This document shows positions 40,834 to 50,391 of a DNA stretch of 59,109 bases, one piece after another. The notes under the pieces were generated by a model that was not told where the DNA came from, ran no database searches, and worked only from the letters and a program-made list of their open reading frames with translations. The DNA comes from a virus. Its lineage: Duplodnaviria; Caudoviricetes. The translations under genes were made by a program, and so were the position numbers. The stretch spans positions 1 to 59,109 of the IMG/VR virus record IMGVR_UViG_3300032246_000466; one strand, 5' to 3'. Every line of letters begins with the position of its first letter. The stretch's first letter is position 1.

Positions 40834-42056
40834 ACAAAGAATATTTATTAAATGAAAGTAAAACTTTCTGCATGTTTCCTTGGGTTCATTTGAACGTGAC
40901 ACCCAAAGGAGATATCTACCCCTGCTGTAGTAATGACTATACAGTGCCTTTTGGTAACACTAAAGAAACAACACTTAAAGAAGCATTTAATAATGAACAA
41001 ATGAAACAATTACGTTTGGACATGTTGAATGATAAGCCAAACAAGATATGTAACTTCTGTTATAAGCACGAAGAAGCAGGACCTCATAGTTTTAGAAACT
41101 ATAGTAAAGAACATTTTGGTAAACACTTTGATACAACAGTGCCTACTACATTAGCTGATGGAACTGTACCTGAATTCAAAATGCATTACTTTGATATCCG
41201 TTTCAGTAACATATGCAACTTCAAGTGCAGAACCTGCGGTAGTGAATTCAGTAGTCAGTGGGGAGCAGAGATGCGAGCCAATCACGATCCTAAACATCCT
41301 ATCGTAATACATGCAGATGAGAAAGGCAATCTATTACGTGAAGTATTAGAACAAGTAGAACACATTGACCTAGCATACTTTGCAGGTGGTGAACCTACAC
41401 TAACAGAAGAACATTATTTGATGTTAGAAGAAATGATTCGTAAAGGTCGCACAGACATTACACTACGATACAACACAAACGCTAGCAACATTAAGTTTAA
41501 GGACTATGACTTACTAGACATGTGGAAGCACTTTAAAAAGATTGAGTTAAGTTGTAGTATTGACCATTATGGAGAACGTGCTGAATGGTTACGTCATGGA
41601 ACTGATTGGGGATTAGTTGAAACTAATCTACTCAAGTTCCGTAAATTAGATTATGTTTCATTTCAAATGAACACTGTATTCAGTATCTTTAACTACTCAA
41701 CCATTGGTGAATTCTATAGTTATCTAAAGAGTAAGGGTATTATTCGTGCTGAAGATTGGTATCATAGTCTGTACCTAGCAGTACATCCTAGCTACTACAG
41801 TGGTAAAAGTTTACCCAAAGAATTAAAAATCGAAGCAGCAGGTAAAGCATTAGCTTGGGCACAAAACAATGAGGGTGATCACACTTCACTATCAAGATTA
41901 GTTACTGACGCTGTAAACTTTGCCAAAGATGATGATACCTGGGCAGATAATAAAGAAACTTTTATGTTACATACTGGTTCAGGCGACAGAATACGAGGTG
42001 AAAGTTTATGGAAAACTTTCCCTGAATTAAATAAATTACAAGACTTAATGGAGTAA
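40830..42056 (+). CDS. Radical SAM protein with N-terminal twitch domain
   Basis: FCMFPW...YPCC...CNFC; CNFKCRTC; FAGGEP; YNTN; close paralog of 39604..40833. Confidence 0.9.
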   Translation: MNKEYLLNESKTFCMFPWVHLNVTPKGDIYPCCSNDYTVPFGNTKETTLKEAFNNEQMKQLRLDMLNDKPNKICNFCYKHEEAGPHSFRNYSKEHFGKHFDTTVPTTLADGTVPEFKMHYFDIRFSNICNFKCRTCGSEFSSQWGAEMRANHDPKHPIVIHADEKGNLLREVLEQVEHIDLAYFAGGEPTLTEEHYLMLEEMIRKGRTDITLRYNTNASNIKFKDYDLLDMWKHFKKIELSCSIDHYGERAEWLRHGTDWGLVETNLLKFRKLDYVSFQMNTVFSIFNYSTIGEFYSYLKSKGIIRAEDWYHSLYLAVHPSYYSGKSLPKELKIEAAGKALAWAQNNEGDHTSLSRLVTDAVNFAKDDDTWADNKETFMLHTGSGDRIRGESLWKTFPELNKLQDLME

Positions 42057-42058
42057 CA

Positions 42059-43336
42059 ATGCAAGAACCAATCGTAATAGAAAACTTAATTAAACATGGT
42101 AAGCACTTTTGTGTATTGCCCTGGGTTCATTTCCATTCATGGCCCGATGGCAGAGTAATGCCTTGCTGTGTTGCAGATAGCAACATGCCTGTTGCTGATA
42201 TTAAAAACAATGAATCTATTATTCAAATGATGAATAGTGAAGATTTTAAAAAGATACGTGAAAAAATGCTAGTTGATGAACCAGTCGCAGCTTGCAAGCG
42301 TTGCTATGACTTAGAGTTAATGGGCACATGGACTATGCGTCAAAGTCATAATAAGCGTAGAGGACTTGAGTATGTAGACATGATTGCAAAAAATACAGAA
42401 AACGACGGTACGTTAGCTGAGTTTCAAATGAAATATATGGATTTGCGATTTAGTAACATGTGTAATATGAAATGCCGTAGTTGTGGTCCTGGCTGTAGTA
42501 GTCTTTGGTCACAAGAATTTGTAGACGAACGCGGTGTAGACGTATATGAAGAATATTTCAAAACTAGAAAAATTGTAATTAACTCAGCAGAAGAAATGGG
42601 CTTTATGAATAAGCTAAAGCCATATTTGAAAGATGTATTGGAAGTTTATTTTGCAGGTGGCGAAATTATAATCACACCTGAACACTATGAATGTTTAGAT
42701 TATTGGATTGAAAATGGATTAACCGATCAAGTTGAGTTAACATACACTACTAATTTTAGTTCATTAAAATACAAAGACAAAGACTTGATTGGATACTGGA
42801 AGAAGTTCCCTCAACTTAAAGTATGGGCCAGTTTAGATGCATCGGGAGATGTAGCAGAAGCTATACGTAAAGGAACTGATTGGGATCGCATTGTTAAGAA
42901 TATCAAAACATTAAGAGAACAAGTACCTCACGCACAGTTTCAAATCACACCCACTATTAGTATTTGGAATATCTTTGATTTTCATATATTCTTTGATTAT
43001 ATGGTTAGTGAAGGATTAATTGATGACAAAACATCTAGTCCTAGATTTAATTTAGCAACCAATCCATGGTATGCAAATATTATGATATTACCAGTTTTGG
43101 TAAAGAATAGATTAGCTGAAATCTATTTACAATATTCTCATAAATACGAGGGCATCAATCAAGACATAGCAAATGGTTTCAGAATGATTGTGAATAATTT
43201 ACAAGTGGGAAATGAAAACAAAGGTGGAATATTAGAATTTAAAAAGTTCAACGATGAGTTGGATGAATTTAGAAATGAAAAATTAACTGATATTATTCCA
43301 GAATTACAAGAGGTATACGAATGGGCAGAAAGTTAA
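42059..43336 (+). CDS. Radical SAM protein with N-terminal twitch domain
   Basis: FCVLPW...MPCC...CKRC; CNMKCRSC; FAGGEI (variant of GGEP); YTTN. Confidence 0.9.
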   Translation: MQEPIVIENLIKHGKHFCVLPWVHFHSWPDGRVMPCCVADSNMPVADIKNNESIIQMMNSEDFKKIREKMLVDEPVAACKRCYDLELMGTWTMRQSHNKRRGLEYVDMIAKNTENDGTLAEFQMKYMDLRFSNMCNMKCRSCGPGCSSLWSQEFVDERGVDVYEEYFKTRKIVINSAEEMGFMNKLKPYLKDVLEVYFAGGEIIITPEHYECLDYWIENGLTDQVELTYTTNFSSLKYKDKDLIGYWKKFPQLKVWASLDASGDVAEAIRKGTDWDRIVKNIKTLREQVPHAQFQITPTISIWNIFDFHIFFDYMVSEGLIDDKTSSPRFNLATNPWYANIMILPVLVKNRLAEIYLQYSHKYEGINQDIANGFRMIVNNLQVGNENKGGILEFKKFNDELDEFRNEKLTDIIPELQEVYEWAES

Positions 43337-44283
43337 TAGCTATTGAGGCTCCTGAGCCATATCTAGCAATTACTTGGCAAGTAAACAATTACTGTAACTT
43401 TAAATGTAGTTATTGTAATCCAGGCAACTGGGGCGGCTCTGATATAAATGACGGAAATACTGACCTGTATATTCGTAACTTAGAAACAATAATCAATCGT
43501 TACAAAGCGGTTGGCTATAAGAATTTTAAATTCTTTTTCAGTGGGGGAGAGCCAACCGCTTGGAGAAACTTTATTCCAATATGTGAGTGGTTATACAATG
43601 AGTTACCGCAAGCTACACTAGCAGTAAACACTAATCTAAGTCGACCATTGAAATGGTGGGAAAAGAATCACTATCTATTTGATGATGTTGTTGCTAGCTT
43701 TCACGTAGAGTTTGCTGACAAACAACGTTATGAAGAAAACAGTATATTCCTGTGCGATAAAGTAAATTACCTAGCTACTAAGATGCTATTGCATGAGGAA
43801 AGATTTTGGGAAGTTGTAGAGTTTGGCAAGCATTTAAAAACAGTAATGCCAAACTACTTTTTAGAATGGACACCACTATTTGATGAGATGAGTGTTAATG
43901 CAGGGCCTTGGACATACAAAGATCCTGCAAAGACCAAGTTTGTTAATGAATGTACCAGTGAACATCATCAATCTAAACCCAAACCAGATAAAAGAACAAA
44001 CTATACAGTTAGCTATAATAAATATGATGATGGTCATACTGAAACATGTAACAGCAATGAAGTAATTGTTGCTGGTAATAACTTCTTTAGTGGTTGGAAA
44101 TGTAACGTAGGTGATGCAATTTTCATTAACCCCACCGGTGAAATGAGTTTAGCAAGTTGTGGCATGGGCGGTGTTGTGGGTCATATATTAAAAGATATCT
44201 CCCGTGCAGGACCTAAACAAATTGTTTGCGCCAAAGAGCATTGCCATTGTGGTACTGACATTATAATTCCTAAATTCTTTTGA
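43321..44283 (+). CDS. Radical SAM protein with C-terminal SPASM/twitch-like Cys cluster
   Basis: CNFKCSYC near the N-terminus, SGGEP, NTN; C-terminal WKCNVG...ASC...VCAKEHCHC. Confidence 0.9.
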   Translation: MGRKLIAIEAPEPYLAITWQVNNYCNFKCSYCNPGNWGGSDINDGNTDLYIRNLETIINRYKAVGYKNFKFFFSGGEPTAWRNFIPICEWLYNELPQATLAVNTNLSRPLKWWEKNHYLFDDVVASFHVEFADKQRYEENSIFLCDKVNYLATKMLLHEERFWEVVEFGKHLKTVMPNYFLEWTPLFDEMSVNAGPWTYKDPAKTKFVNECTSEHHQSKPKPDKRTNYTVSYNKYDDGHTETCNSNEVIVAGNNFFSGWKCNVGDAIFINPTGEMSLASCGMGGVVGHILKDISRAGPKQIVCAKEHCHCGTDIIIPKFF

Positions 44284-44288
44284 GACAT

Positions 44289-45614
44289 ATGATTGATAAA
44301 AAAATAAAAATAGTTTATAATTGGATAGGTCCCAATGGGCCTATCACGAACGCTGAACTACCAAGTATATTAGCATTTGCCGGGGTTACACCCGGAGCAC
44401 ACACCGACTCTCATAAATTTTGGGGAGAGGGATTGTGGCATTCGTTTTTTAGAAATAATCCTGAATTTGAAATGTCACCGGCTTGGACAATAGACTCGTC
44501 CGACAAATTTATATACCCGATGACGTTGAATTGCAGAACACCTTTTTCTTCATATTTTCAAATCAATGATGGATTATTAGAATGGGCACATGTTTTACCT
44601 TCTATAATACATCATATTCGTCACTGCGGTGGTTATTTTTTAATTGATATAAGTGTAGAGGCATGGGTAGAGGATTCACAATTATTAATGATTCATTCAT
44701 ATTTTAATCATCTTAAGATTCCTCTCAACAAAATAATATATTTGACCGGATGCATGAATCCTGATGAGATATATTCAGCTTTTTGTCAGCGACATTCTAT
44801 TCCAAACTCCCTTGAATGTAGAATTAATTTAGTTCCGTTTCCAATCTCACAAAATTTTATTTCAAGATCAATTCAAATAGAAGAAAAAGACAATATACCG
44901 GCAATTGTTTATAACACTAAATATATTCCTAGTAAAACATTTTTGTCTTGGAATAGGAGACATAGAACACATAGATCAATACTTGCTGTTATGCTGCATA
45001 AGGAAGGGCTTTTGCCTAAAAGTTATTTGAGTATGCTTACAGTTGATCCTGACATGGGAATTGATAATTTTATAACTTCATTTCCACGTAATATAGGAAC
45101 AATATTTGAAATCAATGAGTATGATATTCAACAATTTAATTCACTGCTTCCTTTAGTAATAGACGGAGAAACTGAAATAAACAAAATGTGCGGTGATGTA
45201 GAAAACAAAACACGTAATTTCTATGCTGATAGTCTACTGAGTATTATTACTGAAACAAACTTTGAGAGCCGAGTATTAACTCTTACTGAAAAGTCATTCA
45301 AGCAGTTCAAACAAAAACACCCATTTATTCTAGTAGCACCGGCACATTCTTTGGTTGCATTACGTAATTTAGGGTTTAAGACATTTGGTGAATTTTGGAG
45401 CGAAGAATATGATAATATGGTAGACTCTAACCGACGTTTAGAGGAAATCATACGACTTTGCAAAGAAATTGCTCAATGGGATAATGCAAAAATTATTGAC
45501 TTTAGACAAAAGGCTAAATATATTGTGGAACATAACTACAATCAAGTAAAAATAAGTTCGGCAATATCCGCAACTAATAACATTATTAATCTAATAAGAA
45601 AGAATACACTATGA
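44289..45614 (+). CDS. GT-B / GT10-like glycosyltransferase candidate
   Basis: FLSWNRRHRTHR and SIITET...LTEKSFK...HPFIL...LRNLGFKTF..FWSEEYD. The E-x(n)-TEK motif resembles the alpha-1,3-fucosyltransferase (GT10) motif. ATG 44289 preferred over TTG 44280. Confidence 0.45.
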   Translation: MIDKKIKIVYNWIGPNGPITNAELPSILAFAGVTPGAHTDSHKFWGEGLWHSFFRNNPEFEMSPAWTIDSSDKFIYPMTLNCRTPFSSYFQINDGLLEWAHVLPSIIHHIRHCGGYFLIDISVEAWVEDSQLLMIHSYFNHLKIPLNKIIYLTGCMNPDEIYSAFCQRHSIPNSLECRINLVPFPISQNFISRSIQIEEKDNIPAIVYNTKYIPSKTFLSWNRRHRTHRSILAVMLHKEGLLPKSYLSMLTVDPDMGIDNFITSFPRNIGTIFEINEYDIQQFNSLLPLVIDGETEINKMCGDVENKTRNFYADSLLSIITETNFESRVLTLTEKSFKQFKQKHPFILVAPAHSLVALRNLGFKTFGEFWSEEYDNMVDSNRRLEEIIRLCKEIAQWDNAKIIDFRQKAKYIVEHNYNQVKISSAISATNNIINLIRKNTL

Positions 45615-46564
45615 AAAAAATATTAGTATGTGGTGCAGGTGGATTTATTGGAACCCACTTAGTAAAAAGTTTAAAGAAACAAGGTCACCGTGTAATTGGT
45701 GCGGATTTGCATTATCCGTTATACAGCGAAACAGTGGCAGATGAATTTTACATTATGGATTTGCGTGAACAACATAATGTTGAACAATTAGTAACAAGTG
45801 ATATTGACGAAATATATCAACTTGCCGCTGATATGGGAGGAGCTGGTTATATATTTACCGGAGAGCATGATGCTGATATAATGCACAACTCTGCAATGAT
45901 TAATTTGAACATATTAGATATGATGCATAAGAAGGGTGTAAAGAATGTATTCTACAGTTCTAGTGCATGTATCTACCCGTCGTTCAACCAAGAAGATCCT
46001 GATAACCCATTGTGTATTGAAGACTCGGCATACCCAGCTAATCCGGATAGTGAATACGGATGGGAAAAATTATTTAGTGAGAGATTATACAGGTCTTACG
46101 CACGTAATCATGGCATCCGTGCTAGGATTGCTAGATTTCATAATATCTTTGGTCCCGAAGGTTCATGGAATAACGGAAAAGAAAAAGCACCTGCGGCACT
46201 GTGTCGCAAAGTTGTCATGTGTGAGGATAATGGTATTGTAGACATATGGGGTCCCGGTAATCAAACTCGCAGCTTTCTTTTTATTGATGAATGTATTGAA
46301 GGAATACACAAGATCATGGCTAGTGAATGTGACTTACCTGTTAATCTAGGAAGCGAACGCATGATTAGCATTAACAATTTGGCACTTTTAATTGCCAAAC
46401 TTACAAATAAAAATATAACAATAAAAAATATAGACGGTCCAATAGGAGTTATGGGACGTAATAGTGACAATACACTATTAAAAGGAATTGTCGGTTGGTC
46501 CCCTGACGAAAACTTAGAATATGGATTATTAAAAACTTTGACTTGGATTAAGTCACAATTATAA
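45611..46564 (+). CDS. gme: GDP-mannose 3',5'-epimerase-like extended SDR (NAD-dependent epimerase)
   Basis: GAGGFIG Rossmann motif, LAADMGGAGYI, YSSSACIY (catalytic Ser and Cys), YGWEK (YxxxK), RFHNIFGP, EKAPAALCRK, QTRSF, GRNSDN; these match the GME family pattern. Confidence 0.8.
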   Translation: MKKILVCGAGGFIGTHLVKSLKKQGHRVIGADLHYPLYSETVADEFYIMDLREQHNVEQLVTSDIDEIYQLAADMGGAGYIFTGEHDADIMHNSAMINLNILDMMHKKGVKNVFYSSSACIYPSFNQEDPDNPLCIEDSAYPANPDSEYGWEKLFSERLYRSYARNHGIRARIARFHNIFGPEGSWNNGKEKAPAALCRKVVMCEDNGIVDIWGPGNQTRSFLFIDECIEGIHKIMASECDLPVNLGSERMISINNLALLIAKLTNKNITIKNIDGPIGVMGRNSDNTLLKGIVGWSPDENLEYGLLKTLTWIKSQL

Positions 46565-46579
46565 ATTAATAGTGAGAGT

Positions 46580-47632
46580 ATGACAAGTATATACCTAGTT
46601 GAAGAAAAAGGTTTACATAATGATTATTCACCAATCGTGAATGAAATTATTAGCATCAACCCTGATAAAATAATTTGTTTATGTATGAATGAAGTTGATG
46701 CTCAACTAATATTCAGAACTTTTTTTGATAAAATAAAACCTTGGTTAAAAAATAATAATAAAATTATTAATCTTGTAGTACCTCACCTTAATAATATATT
46801 TATTGAAGAAGGTATCAAAGCAGAGAGAACATATGGTTATATATTACGACATTTTTTAAATAATTATTCTTTTGAAGAACTGTTGCCGTCGGTACTTCCA
46901 CCGCAGTATATGCATTTACATAATACAACTAATTTATTATATACTTGCTACAATCGTAGGAATGAGGTAGCACGAGCAATGTTAGTAGATGCACTAGTAA
47001 GAGAAAATATATTGCATTATGGAATTGTTACTTACCATGAACCAATTGATGCTACATGGAAATACCACAATGGAGCAAGGTTAATGGATGAACCCGATTA
47101 TGAATATCATCAGTTTGACCCACGGTATACTCCAAGCAAGAGCCCGGCCAGTATGATGCGTGGGTTTTTTGATATAGTTACTGAATCTAGATTTAGCCCC
47201 GGTGAATATTTTATTACTGAAAAGACATTAAAAAGTATTATGTTTTTGCGACCATTCATTGCATTTAGCAGCACTGGGTACAACACTGAATATCTTGCAA
47301 AGTATATTGGATTAGAATTATATGATGAAATGTTTAATTATGATTTTGATAGTTGTGACTCACTGGAAGAGCGTGTTGATGGAATTATAAACAATGTAAT
47401 AACACTAAAAAATAAAATACCAGATACTGCTACTAAACATAGTATGTACAAGAAACTTATACCAAAGTTAATTAGAAATAGAAATAAGATAGTGGATATC
47501 TTTTTTGACAAGACAAGAATAGTACCTGATTGTTTACAGATACTAATGTCTGGTGAAAACTACACCCTACACGGGTGTACTAATCACTTCTTACTAGACC
47601 ATATGCGAAAAATGGAATGGATAACAGAATGA
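46580..47632 (+). CDS. GT-B / GT10-like glycosyltransferase candidate
   Basis: YTCYNRR...R and FDIVTES...FITEKTLK...RPFI...GLELYDEMFNYDFD; same family pattern as 44289 and 48500. Confidence 0.45.
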   Translation: MTSIYLVEEKGLHNDYSPIVNEIISINPDKIICLCMNEVDAQLIFRTFFDKIKPWLKNNNKIINLVVPHLNNIFIEEGIKAERTYGYILRHFLNNYSFEELLPSVLPPQYMHLHNTTNLLYTCYNRRNEVARAMLVDALVRENILHYGIVTYHEPIDATWKYHNGARLMDEPDYEYHQFDPRYTPSKSPASMMRGFFDIVTESRFSPGEYFITEKTLKSIMFLRPFIAFSSTGYNTEYLAKYIGLELYDEMFNYDFDSCDSLEERVDGIINNVITLKNKIPDTATKHSMYKKLIPKLIRNRNKIVDIFFDKTRIVPDCLQILMSGENYTLHGCTNHFLLDHMRKMEWITE

Positions 47633-48498
47633 AAAAATATTTAATTGGATTAGGCTGTAGTTGGACACAGGGTGAGGGTGGTTACCCAGATCAGGTGTGG
47701 AAAGATCACGGCGGGAGAGTACAAGTAAGAGGACGTGATGATTACTATTTACGTGCTATTGAACATGAAAATAGTTGGGTGAATGTATTGACCCGAGATT
47801 ATTTTCCAGAATATGAATCTGTTAATTTAGGAGTACGTGGCATAGGGAACCGAGCAGCAGTTCATCAATTACATTTTTGTGATAAAGTAGATTTTGAAAA
47901 TAGCACAGGTATTATAGTATTAATGTTAAGTGGGTTTGAACGTTTTGATTTCTTTCAAGAAAATCCAAAACGTTTTACAAACCAAGATGACGGTTATAGT
48001 AACGGTGAATACGCACATTACAAATGGAGAACGATGTGGCCCTTTACTGGTAATACTGGAACTGATGCCCCATTATGGGATGCTTATGCTAAGTTATTAT
48101 GGAGTGAACAGTTTATCGCATCAGAACAAATGATGGCATTGATAGACCTACAGACATTTGCAAAAGCATACGGATATAAAGTAGTAGTTGCTAATGCATT
48201 CAATCAACGATTTGAAGGGATAAAACAATATTTTGAAAATAATGTAGGTAGTTTAGTAAACAAGTTTGATTGGTCAACTTATGTACATAATAAAACCCCG
48301 TATGTCGCATTCGTGCAAAAGTTAGTTGAATTAGACGGATTATTAGATCCAAAAGATTGGGGAGCCTTTCACTCACTCTATCATAAAAGAGATTATCCTG
48401 CAACATACTTAACCAATTGTGAGGGAGCCCACCCAACACTTGCTGGCTATAAAGTCATTGCTGATGAGTTGGCTAAATTTATTAATACTCAATTGTGA
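47629..48498 (+). CDS. SGNH/GDSL-like hydrolase or acyltransferase (GCS variant)
   Basis: Block I LIGLGCSWTQG, block II NLGVRGIGN, C-terminal GAHPTLAGYKVIA. Start at ATG 47629 (ATGA overlap). Confidence 0.6.
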   Translation: MKKYLIGLGCSWTQGEGGYPDQVWKDHGGRVQVRGRDDYYLRAIEHENSWVNVLTRDYFPEYESVNLGVRGIGNRAAVHQLHFCDKVDFENSTGIIVLMLSGFERFDFFQENPKRFTNQDDGYSNGEYAHYKWRTMWPFTGNTGTDAPLWDAYAKLLWSEQFIASEQMMALIDLQTFAKAYGYKVVVANAFNQRFEGIKQYFENNVGSLVNKFDWSTYVHNKTPYVAFVQKLVELDGLLDPKDWGAFHSLYHKRDYPATYLTNCEGAHPTLAGYKVIADELAKFINTQL

Positions 48499-48499
48499 A

Positions 48500-49519
48500 A
48501 TGGCAACTTCTTCTTTTATTGAACATGGTATTGTTGATAATCTAGCAGGATATGAGGTACAGCGTGAAATCTTCAACTTACTTGAAAAACAAATTGACAA
48601 ACATTTTCCTAATCAACAAAATTTTTTAGTTAATACTATCTGGATAGCATTTAATGAAGTTAATCTTTTAGCAGCATATAAGAATTTTGGACATATTGAT
48701 AATATATTTTTTTGTGCGGCACTGGATGAGTGTGGTAATATTCCTCCTCTTCCATCAAATCCTAATTTGAGAGTTTTTCAACTTGGAAATATTGACGAAC
48801 TGGGACAAAATAATTATGAGTTCAGTGCAACAGCTATTACTCTGCATAAGATATTTAAAAAATATAATGATAGCGAACTGTTACTAGACAGTAATAATAC
48901 AGTAGCATATTTGTGCTATCAGAACAAACCGCATGTTCATCGACAGATACTAACTAAAACATTATTAGACAATAAGTTATTAGATAAAGGAATTGTCACA
49001 CTAGGTAAATATAATGATCAAGAATATATGTTTTCAGAATTGGTTAAATTAGAAATTGATGAACCCATTGATGAATATTATTATGGATCTAGGGGACTTA
49101 CTAAAGAAAATCCATACTCTTTGGGTGATATCAATGTTTGGAGAAACTGCTTCCTCAATGTAATATCAGAGTCCTCTTATACCTCACGCCGATTTATTAG
49201 TGAAAAGACATACAAGCCTATCATAGGTATGAGGCCATTTATTCTGAATGGTAACCCCAATATTCTACAATACCTTCAAGAACACGACTTCTACACATTT
49301 GAAGAATATTGGCCAAATGTAAACTTCAGAGAATGTATATCTATGGAAGATACTGCGTCATGTATTGCTACAGTATTACGTGAAGTTTGTAGTAAGTCTC
49401 CAATGGAGATTAGTCTCATGTATAATGAGATGTTACCCAAACTTAGACACAACAGAGAACGATTTTTCCAACATGCAATAGAGCAAGAACATAAACTTAA
49501 TCATTTATTTAACGCATAA
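48500..49519 (+). CDS. GT-B / GT10-like glycosyltransferase candidate
   Basis: YLCYQNKPHVHR and LNVISES...FISEKTYKPIIGMRPFIL...DFYTFEEYW. Start at ATG 48500, 1 nt after the upstream stop. Confidence 0.45.
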   Translation: MATSSFIEHGIVDNLAGYEVQREIFNLLEKQIDKHFPNQQNFLVNTIWIAFNEVNLLAAYKNFGHIDNIFFCAALDECGNIPPLPSNPNLRVFQLGNIDELGQNNYEFSATAITLHKIFKKYNDSELLLDSNNTVAYLCYQNKPHVHRQILTKTLLDNKLLDKGIVTLGKYNDQEYMFSELVKLEIDEPIDEYYYGSRGLTKENPYSLGDINVWRNCFLNVISESSYTSRRFISEKTYKPIIGMRPFILNGNPNILQYLQEHDFYTFEEYWPNVNFRECISMEDTASCIATVLREVCSKSPMEISLMYNEMLPKLRHNRERFFQHAIEQEHKLNHLFNA

Positions 49520-49522
49520 ATA
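49515..49522 (+). promoter_or_regulatory. Late promoter-like box (CATAAATA) inside the enzyme cluster
   Basis: Directly upstream of ATG 49528, but overlaps the upstream TAA stop. Confidence 0.3.
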
Positions 49523-49527
49523 AATGT

Positions 49528-50391
49528 ATGACAGTAAAAAAGATTATTACTTGTGGATGTAGCTTTTCAGATGCCCCATGGGCTTGGAATGTACAGTTAG
49601 AAAATTATTTTACTGGGATAGAGTTTGAAAATCTTGGGATGAGTAGTCAAGGTAATGAGCTAATACAGAAAAAAACAAGCCTTGCAGTAATTGAGTCTTT
49701 AGAAAAATACAAGCCAGAAGAAATTATTGTACTGGTAATGTGGAGCGGCACCGAAAGAAAAACATTTTACATCAATAATCCAGATATTATTAATGATGCA
49801 AAAAATAAAGGATTTCAAATTTGTGGCAAACAACTTGCAGATTTAAAAAACAATATTACACATAAAGAACAGATCACAGAGGCAAACGGCGTAACAGAAT
49901 TTAATAAATTGGGAGGATGGTTTAATACAAACTTTCTATATCAAGGAATAAATTTAACAAAAGAATATTTTAACAGCACAGTTGATATCATCAATGCAGT
50001 GCATATTACTATAGAAAATATTATCATGCTTCAACATATCTGCAAATTACATAACGTAAAATTCTATCAACAATTTTATAGAAGTTATGTCTATGAAGAT
50101 ATATTAAATAACCAAAATAATCAAATGATTAATTATCTGTACAAACAACTAGATCATTCTACAATAATATCAACAACTGGAATTTTTGAATATTTGCGAG
50201 ATTCAATTGAACGCAAGCCTGCAACTAACAAATGGGAACATATTATGAATTTTGTGTTTAATGATACCTCAAGCAGTTCTGACAAGTATTTTAATAGTCG
50301 TGAAGATGTTCACCCTAACCAATTAGGACATAATAAGTGGTTAACTGAAGTTATTATTCCAAGATTGACCTCGGATAATTTTTTAAAATAA
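49528..50391 (+). CDS. SGNH/GDSL-like protein (GCS variant)
   Basis: ITCGCSFS, NLGMSSQGN, LVMWSGTER, C-terminal DVHPNQLGH. Confidence 0.6.
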   Translation: MTVKKIITCGCSFSDAPWAWNVQLENYFTGIEFENLGMSSQGNELIQKKTSLAVIESLEKYKPEEIIVLVMWSGTERKTFYINNPDIINDAKNKGFQICGKQLADLKNNITHKEQITEANGVTEFNKLGGWFNTNFLYQGINLTKEYFNSTVDIINAVHITIENIIMLQHICKLHNVKFYQQFYRSYVYEDILNNQNNQMINYLYKQLDHSTIISTTGIFEYLRDSIERKPATNKWEHIMNFVFNDTSSSSDKYFNSREDVHPNQLGHNKWLTEVIIPRLTSDNFLK

